A program made the position numbers and the translations under genes. The notes beneath the pieces were generated by a model. That model made no database searches. It saw only the letters and a list, made by a program, of their open reading frames with translations, and was not told where the DNA came from. From Candidatus Marinacidobacterales bacterium (lineage in GTDB: Bacteria; Acidobacteriota; Vicinamibacteria; Marinacidobacterales; SMYC01), in NCBI GenBank assembly GCA_965237955.1, contig OZ250169.1:5568001-5632000 (forward strand): a stretch of 64,000 nt of DNA, in the 5' to 3' direction. This document shows positions 55,443 through 64,000 of the stretch, in pieces (within the stretch, counting starts at the first letter, position 1; each line of letters opens with the position of its first letter).

Positions 55443-58400
55443 TCACGTAGTGCTCTCGTCGGCCTCGGCCTCGGCTTCTTCAGTGTCGGTCATGTTCGAT
55501 AGCGCCGAGACGTTGATCTTTTCGAGGGCCTCGACGAGCTCGGGGATGTCGTCGACGTATTCCAGTTTGCTGATGAGTGCCTTGATGTTCGGATCGTCGA
55601 CGCCACGGTAGCCGCGGAAGCGATGGGCCATGAAGCGCATCAGCGGGATCAGCGTACCCTCGATGAGGTAGGACTCGCGCGAAATGAGCTCGTAATCCGC
55701 CGGCGGCGCCTCGGGTTCGGCGTCGGGCGCGACTCGCTGCTTTTGACCGTTCCCGAACGCCTCGAGGAGCTCGTGCAGCTTTTCGGTGTACGGTGAGAGG
55801 TCAAGCTGGACGTCTACCTGCGCTGGTTTGGCCGCGGCGGAAAACGCGGCCAGGTCGGGATCGACGGACAGTGCGGCTGGGCGCGAGCCAGCTTTCTCTA
55901 TAGCGCGGTCGATGCTCTCGCCGATGCCTTCGAGGTGCTCGGACACCATGCTGAGCTGACCGGTGAGGCGTGTTGCCGGGTCATCCTCGCCACTGCCCAT
56001 GCGTTGGATGCGGACGTAGCCCTTCTTGATCTCCTCCCACCGTGCGCGCTGAGCGTCGCTCAACCGTCCCCGCATCTCGCCGAGCTTGAGGAGATTCTCC
56101 TCCGCACCGGTGGTGAGCGTCTGTGATTCACCGAGATAGTGGTCGTCGATGAGGTTCTCGAGCTCTTCGTCGTTCATGGCCGGCACGATCTTCTCCGTCA
56201 GCTTGTTCATATTGCGGTAGCTCCCCTGGAGACGGAACGGGGGCTCGGTGCGATAGGCATCTTCTTGCGAGGCGGAGCGGATGTATTGCTGGTTGACGGC
56301 GAGCAGGGTCTGCTGCACCTTCAAGAGCTTTTTCAGCACCGACTGGATCTCGCCGATCTCCACCGCCGAGTAGCCGTGCTCGAGCTGGTCGGATTGAATC
56401 GGCTCTCCCTGAGCCATGCGCACGAGCATGACGATATCGTTCTGCTCTCGTGTCGTCAGCGGTGCGAGCACGTTGTTCGACGTCAGTGAGTTCTCGATGT
56501 AGGAGAGCGCGAACAGATCGCCTTTGCCTTCGAGAATGTCGCCGAGGTTATAGGTGTCGGCGCGGTTGGCGAGCATGTCCGGGATCTGGAATTTCTCGCC
56601 TGACTCGGTGTACGGGTTTCCCGCCATACACACGATGAACTTCTTGCCTCGCAGATCGTAAGTACGGGTGCGTCCCTTCCATACACCTTCCACTTTACGC
56701 TGAGCGTCGCACAAAGAGATGAACTTCTGGAGGAACTCGGGATGCGTGTGCTGGATGTCGTCGATGTAGAGCAGAACGTTGTTGCCCATCTCGAAGGCGA
56801 GATTGAGCTTTATGATCTCCTGACGCGCGGTCGCGTTCCCTGCCTCCGCGGGATCGAGTGACGTGACCGAGTGGCCGAGCGCGGGCCCGTTGATTTTCAT
56901 GAACACTAGGCCGAGGCGGTTGGCCAAATACTCCATCAGCGTCGTCTTGCCGTAGCCCGGTGGCGAGATGAGAAGGAGCATGCCCATCAAATCGGTCCGC
57001 TTGTCTGCGCCGAGCGCTCCCATTTGCTTGGCGAGGTTGTCGCCGATGAGAGGCAGGTAGACGTCGTTGATGAGGTGGTTGCGCACGAACGACGACATGA
57101 CTTTGGGCTTGTATTCGTCGAGGCGCAGGGCGTCGCGCTCTCGTTCGAGGACGGCGTGCCGCGCTTTCTGGAAGTCACGAAAGCCGGGAACGAGGCGGTA
57201 GCGGAAGTGGCCGAGGCGCGACAAGAACTCGTCGAGGTGGAGCTCCATGCGGCCTTGTTGAATCCGTGGATGCTGGCCTAGCAGTCCTTCGATACTCAAT
57301 TTCGCCTGCGCGCTCGATGTCTCCCGGCTCACCTTGCCTTCGAACAAGATCGCGACCACGGCTTCTTGAGCGGCGCGCGCCGTTTGATTGGTCTTCTCGA
57401 GAAAAGCCGTCACCCACGCGAGGGCAAGATCGTAAGCGCGCACCGGTGATTCTCGAAGCCCACGAAGATCCTGCTCAAAGTCACGCTCGGCGCTGGATTC
57501 GCGCAAATGCTTCTCGAACGCCTTCTTGAGCTCGTCGGCTTCCGCGCTCAAAACGAACTTCTGCGGCTCACGCGCGATCTCTTCGAGGAGATAGGCACCC
57601 GCGCGGCGCGCGGCGCGCTCGGGCACGTGGATGCCGAGCTCGGCCAGATGCTCGGCGATCGCGGTGTTGAGCTCGGAGCCGAGATCGGTGAGCGCGTCAC
57701 TTGTTTCGAAGTGCGTCCGCAGGCGATGCAAGCTCTTCGCCTGGTTTTCCCACGTCGTCCGCTTCTTGCGGTCCGGGTAAAGAGCCCAGAACACGGTGGC
57801 GAGGGCTCGCGCTGTGGGCGTGAACGCAGGAGATCGGCGCTCTCGTGCATGCCGAGAGTTTTCTGGAGGATGAGCGTGGCGTCGGCATCGTGGAGGCCGC
57901 GCTCGTAGCCTTCGTCGTAGCGCTCGGCCGCGTAGTCCCGCACGATGGCGAGAAGCGCGTTGTCCACTCGGGTGGCCTCGTGAAGCTTGGCCAGTGACAG
58001 TCCGGCGTCGCCGATCTCGGCGTCTTCGAGAATGCAATAGGCGAGGTACTCCGAACGATAGACGTCGTCGGTTTCCGAGACCAGTTCTTGCGCCCAGAAG
58101 TCACGCGTTTTGGCGAACTCCTCGTCGTCGATCTGCTCATAGAAACCGGTGCCACTCAGGTGGAACGCCATACCGTCTTCGCGCGGCACCATCGTGAGCT
58201 CCAACGGCTGGGTGTTGACGCTGAAGCGATGGCGTCCGAGCTTGATGACGTTAGCGCCGTCTTCGTAGATTTCTCGCCGATCGCGCAGACCTTGCGCGGC
58301 GTCTTCTTTGGCGGCTTTGAGCCGGCCATCGAGCTCGTCGGCATGCACCGAGTTGCCGAGCTCTCTCAGGTTGGCCGCGGTGTTTCGTAGCTTGGCGACC

Positions 58401-60823
58401 ATGGGGTCCGAAGCGAAGTATGCGTTCAAAGCGTCGGAGCTTTCGAACTTCTCGGCGCGTCTGGTGACGCTCCCGAGGATGCGATCCGCCGCATGCATCA
58501 AGTTCTGCGCTCGTCGTTGGCGCCGGTCGACGAGCGATTGCTTCTTGGAGCTGAACGCTTCGTAGATCTCTTCGCGCTTGGTGGTGAGCTCGGTCACGAA
58601 CTCGTCGAACTCGGAAAAGCGGGTTTCGAGGTCTTCGAGCTGCAGCATGAGCTTCGAGAGTTGCTCGTCGCACTTCTCCGGCGAGTCGGAAAGCGCCAGC
58701 GCGCTGGTGACGCTTTGGCTCAGCAGCTGAAACTGGACGCCGAACTCGGCCACGCCTTCTTTGCCGAGAAGCTCTTTGCGCCGGTTGGCGATGAGCGCCC
58801 GCACGCGGTTGAGGCTTCCCATGATCTCGGAGATGTTGCTGAGAATCTGGGTACGGACGGTCGCATCGTCGATCTCGAGCGAGCCGATGACGTCGGTAAG
58901 GAGGTCCAGGCCGTCACTGAGCTCCTGCAACGACGCCTGGTGGTCGTCCGCCTCGGTGACTTTCGAGAGTCCGGCGACGCCTTCTTCCAGCTCCGCCGCG
59001 CGTTGGTGGTAGGGAAGCAGTGCTTCGGCTTTCAACAGGAAGTCGACCGCCCGCTCGCTCACCGTATCGAAGCGCTCGATAATCTCCGCTTCGAGGGCGT
59101 CGATGTGCGTCAGGTCGACGTAGCGCACTTCACGGAGCGTGATCAGGTGGCCCCGGGCCGAGCGCAGGCTGGCCAGACAGGCGACGAACTGATCGATCGA
59201 CGTCCACGAATCGGGATAGATCGTCCGGAAGAGCTCCTGGATTTTCTCGGCGGCTTCTGCGACTGCCTTTTTCGCGTCAGCACGGAGCGCCTCGACTTTC
59301 TCGAACTCGTCGATGATGCTCTCGGCGGTCTCATGAACTTCGTCGAGGACTTCGCGCAAGTTCCCGATTTCGGCCTCGTCGAGCCAGTAGTAGCTGTCGA
59401 TGACGCGCGCGGTAGCGGCGACGAGGTCCTCGTACTTCTGGCGCGTCGGCTGCTGCTCGTCGACCATGCGGCGGATGCTGAGGCAATCGGAGACGCCGCG
59501 AACGAGCTCGGCGTTGCCGACTTTTTCGAGAAACGATCCCGTGGGCGGCAGCGCTTTCACGTGCTCGTCGCTCATGAACGGCGTGCGCCACAGCTGCATG
59601 TTGTGCACCCGCTTGGGCTCGTCGGTGTCGGCGCGGAAGATGATGACGGTGCCGTCAGGGAAGAGACTGAACCCGTGACAGGTGAGGGGATTATCCACTT
59701 CCTTCCGGATCATGTTGTACGGGAGCAGAATCGTGCGCCCCGCCTCGCGCTCGTGGAACGCGTACAGCACGTCCTCGCCGTTGGGGGAGCGGATGCGGCG
59801 CAAGTACTCCATCCCTTGGATCTCGCGTTCGAAAGATTTGGTGTGTCCGCTCTGCAGGTAATAACCGCCCGGGAAAATGATGCCGTGGTCTTCGGGAAGC
59901 TGGACACAGGCCTGACCGATCGCATCGATGCGATCGACTTGTTGGGTCCGGGTGTTGAACACGAGATATCGATACTCGGTCTCGCGGTAGGGGAGGACCT
60001 TGAGCAAGATTAGCGTGCCCACTGTTGCGTAGTGGACTTGGGCGTCGTCGAGCGCCTGGTCGGCATCGAGCACCGGCTCGCGATAAATGCCCTGGCCATC
60101 CTCGGTGTTGTTCTCGACTTTAATTGTCAGGTCGCCGCCGAGCGTCTCGACGAAGACTTCGTCGAGAATGTTGACGTGGGGGTAGTGGCCCTGGATGTGG
60201 TCCTCGCGCACCGTCGCAGTCCATTCGAAATCGTGGGTCGGAGGGAAGACGTGGTCACGCTCGCCGCGGTTGTCGATGTAGCTGACGGCGCCGTCGGGTG
60301 CTACCGCCCAGCGAAACACGCGCACGTCGTCAATCTTCTCGCCGATTTGGAACACCGCGAGCAGCTTTTCGCCGACGCTTCGCAGCTGGAGGAGCTTGGT
60401 TTGCTCATAATAACGATAGAGCTCCTGGAACTCCTCGATGAACTTGGGGTCGGAGAGGAAGTAGCCGGGCGCATCCTTCGAAACACTTCGCAACGAGATA
60501 CCCTCGTCGGTCTTCTCGAACGTATGCAGGCTGAAGACGTCTTCGATGTGCGTCTGGCGCTTGAGGCCGATGAAGACGTTGTAGCCGAACAGAAGGTAGT
60601 TGCCGACCTCCTTGATGTCCCGGGGAACACAGTTGTTCTCGGTACGGATCCGTTCGTTCCCGAGAACGGCGAGATCGGTGCCGCCGAAAAGCTCGAGGCG
60701 TTTCTTGTTGAGCGTCTCCGCCCGCTCGGCCAGGACTTTCCCGTGGCCGAGAAGGCGGTCGCGAATGATCTCGTAAGTGCCGCGCTCGATCTCGACCTTT
60801 TGGACGTCGGTGCTGGTGCTCAT
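55443..60823 (-). CDS. Giant 'DNA repair ATPase'-family (DUF3686-type) AAA+ protein, ~1790 aa, frameshift at ~57823
   Basis: GTYEIIR, RIRTENNCVPRD, PEDHGIIFPGGYYL, coiled coil, SPPGYGKTT, YIDDIQH, GNPYTESG, ANRAD; adding one T (CGTTC>CGTTTC) joins both ORFs as LLRFTPTARA. Confidence 0.85.
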
Positions 60824-60855
60824 TGCCTAATACCTAAAACCTGATGCCTAGCGCC

Positions 60856-62919
60856 CTAGAGCCTGACGTCGTCGATGCCGAGTGCCTTGGCCTGACGCTG
60901 GAGCTTCTTGAGCTTCTCGAGGTCGTCTCCTCCCGTGCCGGTGTCAATTTCAGTGGCGAGCTTCGCCAGGAGCGCGCCGATGGTGATGTCTTTCAACGTG
61001 CCGCCATCGATCCCGGACTCCCGCATCGCCTGACGGATCTCCTGGATGATGTTCTTGTCGCCGTTCATGAAGTCCTTGGCGAGGCCGGAGATGACATCGC
61101 TCTTTTCTACGAGCTCGTCGATGCCCTTGCCCATACCGATGGAGTTCACCATACGGTCGAGGAAGGCGCCGTCGCCGCCGACGATGTCGATGTCGGCGGA
61201 TTCGAGGGCCGTGGCGAGGATCTTGGCCTTGTGCGCGGCAACGCTCTCCCGAGCTTGGATGGCTTCGAGCCCGAGTACCTTCTCGTTCTCGATGCGCAGG
61301 CGGTACTCTTCGTGCGCCCGGCTGTCCTTGTCGAGAGCTCGCATCGCTTCGGCCTTTTCGGCAATACCCTTGGCTTCGGCGGCGAATTTGTCGGCGACAG
61401 CGTGCGCGTGGGCCGAGCCCTTTGCGCGCACGACGGTAGCCTCGGCGGTGCCCACCTTCTCGACCGCGGCGGAGTCGGCTTCGCGAACACGTACTTCCGC
61501 GAGACCGTGCTTCTCGGAGGCGATGGCGTCGGCTTCTTTGACGCGGGCGGCGGCGAGACCTTGGGCCGCGGATTCGGCCTGGACGCCTTCGGCGATGCGA
61601 ATCTTGGACTTGGCTTCGCGATCGGCGGCTTCGAGCTCGGCGTCGGCCAGGGTGACGAGCTCGACGGCTTTGTGCTTCGCGGCCTGCTCCTGAGCTTCGG
61701 CGGCCTTGATGTCCTTGACGAGCGCTTCCTCGGCCTCGGCCTCGGCGGCGATGACCGTCGCTTCCTTGTTGCGCTTCGCTTCCTCGACGACCTGAAGCTC
61801 TTTGATGCGCTCCTGCTCCTCGACGACGGTGCGCTCGACGGCGACACGCTCACGGATGACGTCTTGGATCTCTTTGCGCTCGACTTCGAGAGCTTTCTCT
61901 TTGTCGATGCGTAGAAGCTCGACCTCACGTTCGCGGATTACGGCTTCGAGCTGGCGGTCTTTCGCGACACGCTCGGTCTCGACCCCGATGACGCGCTCGC
62001 GGTTTTTCCCAGCAACCTGGACTTGTCGGTTCTTGTTCTCTTCCGCGACCATGACTTCTTCGTCGGTCTTGATGCGGGCTCCTTCGGATTTCAGCCGTTC
62101 TTCCGCCTGGACTTGCATCAGTAGCGCGGTTTCGCGGGCGCGGACGGATTCGATCTCGCGCTGTTGCTTGGACTTCGCGTCGGCCTCTTCGCGGTCGAGC
62201 TCGAGAATGACTTTGGCGCGCTCGACATCTTGTTTCTTGATGGCTTTTTCTTCGTTGTTCTCGAACTCGTTAGTCTGGACGTGCTCGACCGCGGTGAGCT
62301 CGGTGATGCGGCGGATACCTTGGGCATCGAGGATGTTCTTGGGGTCGAGGTGCTCGAGGGGGGTCTGCTCGAGGTAGTCGATCGCGGCGTCTTCGAGGAC
62401 GTAGCCGTTCAAATCGCGGCCGATGAGCTCAATGATGGCGTCGCGAAACTCATCGCGTTTGGTGTAGAGATCGACGAAGTCGAGCTGTTTTCCGACCGTT
62501 TTCAGCGCCTCGGAGAACTTGGCGCTGAAGAGCTCGTCGAGCGTTTCGGGGGAGGAAGCGCGGGCGCAGCCGATTGCTTGAGCGACTTTGATCACGTCTT
62601 CGACGCGCTTGTTGACGCGCACGAAGAACATGACTTTGATATCGGCGCGAATGTTGTCGTGGCAGATCAGTCCGTCCTTGGCGCGGCGGTCGATCTCGAT
62701 CGTCTTGACCGAGATGTCCATGACCTCTGCTTTGTGGATGACCGGCAGAACGAAAGCGCCGGTAAACGTCACCTCGGGCTCTCGCTTCATTTTGTTGACG
62801 ACGAGCGCCTTGCCCTGCTCCACCTTGCGGTAGAACTTGGACACCATCATCAGGAATCCCCAGCCGATGATGATGAGCGCTACGACACCCACCGCACCTA
62901 GAAACACTAAATCCATCAT
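60856..62919 (-). CDS. Flotillin/SPFH-domain protein (YqiK-like)
   Basis: N-terminal TM; YRKVEQG, HKAEVMDISVK, DNIRADI, IDYLEQT, DAQGI; long EA-rich coiled coil; DIVGGDG. Confidence 0.9.
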   Translation of the reverse strand: MMDLVFLGAVGVVALIIIGWGFLMMVSKFYRKVEQGKALVVNKMKREPEVTFTGAFVLPVIHKAEVMDISVKTIEIDRRAKDGLICHDNIRADIKVMFFVRVNKRVEDVIKVAQAIGCARASSPETLDELFSAKFSEALKTVGKQLDFVDLYTKRDEFRDAIIELIGRDLNGYVLEDAAIDYLEQTPLEHLDPKNILDAQGIRRITELTAVEHVQTNEFENNEEKAIKKQDVERAKVILELDREEADAKSKQQREIESVRARETALLMQVQAEERLKSEGARIKTDEEVMVAEENKNRQVQVAGKNRERVIGVETERVAKDRQLEAVIREREVELLRIDKEKALEVERKEIQDVIRERVAVERTVVEEQERIKELQVVEEAKRNKEATVIAAEAEAEEALVKDIKAAEAQEQAAKHKAVELVTLADAELEAADREAKSKIRIAEGVQAESAAQGLAAARVKEADAIASEKHGLAEVRVREADSAAVEKVGTAEATVVRAKGSAHAHAVADKFAAEAKGIAEKAEAMRALDKDSRAHEEYRLRIENEKVLGLEAIQARESVAAHKAKILATALESADIDIVGGDGAFLDRMVNSIGMGKGIDELVEKSDVISGLAKDFMNGDKNIIQEIRQAMRESGIDGGTLKDITIGALLAKLATEIDTGTGGDDLEKLKKLQRQAKALGIDDVRL

Positions 62920-62950
62920 CGAAATCCCCCTCTTACAAAACCGTAAAGGC

Positions 62951-63758
62951 TCACGATTCCTCCGTAACTTTGGCGGCTTCGGTGAGCGCTGCGTCCACCG
63001 GGCCTATGAAGAAGACCCCTTCGGACGGCTCATATCGGTAAACGAGTGCCTGCGCACCTCGTGTCAGCCCGTTGTCTTGCGGACAACGGACCTCGGCAAC
63101 GAAACCGGCACCGCCGTCTTCGATCTCGGCGCGGCCGAAATTTCCATCGACGCGTGCCGAAAGCACGGTGCATATTTTGCCGATGAGCGACGCGCGGCGT
63201 GGAGCTTGCTGCGTAACGAAGAGCTTGCGGAAGGGCCGGGAGCTGATGGCCGCCATGATGAGAGCGCCGAAACCGGACGTAACGGCGATGGCGAGTCCAA
63301 CGATCACCGTCGCGGCCAGCGGTCCCAGGAACCTGGTGCTCAAGTAGCTGAGGATCCAGGCCCAGAAGAGCACGAACGTGCCCACGATCGTGATCGGCAT
63401 CCCGCGGACGCCCATGGCGTTGAGTAGACCGCCCAAAAGGCCACCATCCTCGCCGTCTGCGGCGTCGGCGTCGGCAGCGCCCTCGGCAGCCCCTTCCGCG
63501 ACACCTTCAGCACTGGCGTCGAGCGCGCCGTCGATTGATTCAGCCGCGCCTTCGACCCCGCCGTCCGCCACTCCTTCGATCGACTCGAGCGCCCCGTCGA
63601 ACGCGGCATCCATGCTGTCGAGGCCGAGGACGCTATCGAGAAAGTCGAGATCGAGTGCGCCGAAAATCACGACCATCCAGTACAGTGAGCGCCATCGCCA
63701 GGGCACAGGTGAATGCGATCGTGGGAAACGACACGAGCGTTGTCAGAAACTCCTGCAC
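62951..63758 (-). CDS. YqiJ/NfeD-like membrane protein with C-terminal OB fold, frameshift at ~63686
   Basis: GTG start VQEFLTTLVSFPTIAFT...LYWMVVIFGALD; GMPITIV; SLIGKICTV..RVDGNFGRAEIEDGGAG; directly upstream of flotillin. Confidence 0.82.
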
Positions 63759-64000
63759 TCTTTCGGCTCCTTTCGACTGACTCGTTGCGGGTGGCCCGAT
63801 GCGAGACGATCGCGGGCGATCACGCGCCGACCGATGCAACAATGAGGCACCCTGCTAAGGAAGCCCCTTCCGTTCGATAGAAAGCTATCGGTACGTGAGA
63901 ATCGTGAAATCGGTTGTGAATGTGCCGGTTGTAGCGATTCGGGCTTTTTCAGACCCGAACTCTGCGACTAATAGTAAGGGAAGTCCGACCGAAAAATCAA

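Noticed and set aside
63760-64000. Sigma-54 promoter for the flotillin/psp cluster
   Set aside because: No correctly spaced TGGCAC-N5-TTGC match on the minus strand.

Overview
GC-rich bacterial DNA. The kinase/PD40, tricorn, VPS10 and Tat-SelA gene content resembles Acidobacteriota (inference). There are three parts. (1) 1-4.3 kb: end of a ribose-type sugar ABC operon plus aroE. (2) 4.3-45 kb: a mosaic accessory region of mostly single, secreted hydrolases and oxidoreductases (GGT, S10 and S41 peptidases, sulfatase, amidohydrolase pair, GH29, VPS10, NHL, Rieske oxygenase, Tat-signal SelA-like and RidA proteins), separated by IS481/ISL3/IS1-type remnants, two MITE-like elements, gene stubs and a phd-vapC module. 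(3) 45-64 kb: a receiver-PPDK_N protein near gdhA, and an ~11.6 kb minus-strand cluster yqiJ-like > flotillin > giant 'DNA repair' AAA+ ATPase > PspA/IM30 > classic-clade AAA+ ATPase > YkgJ-type Cys protein. This cluster is the best candidate for an under-described system: a membrane remodelling/repair machine pairing an ESCRT-III-family polymer with a possible Vps4-like ATPase and a flotillin scaffold. Several frameshifts fall in homopolymers and are probably sequencing errors. No rRNA, tRNA or CRISPR array was seen.
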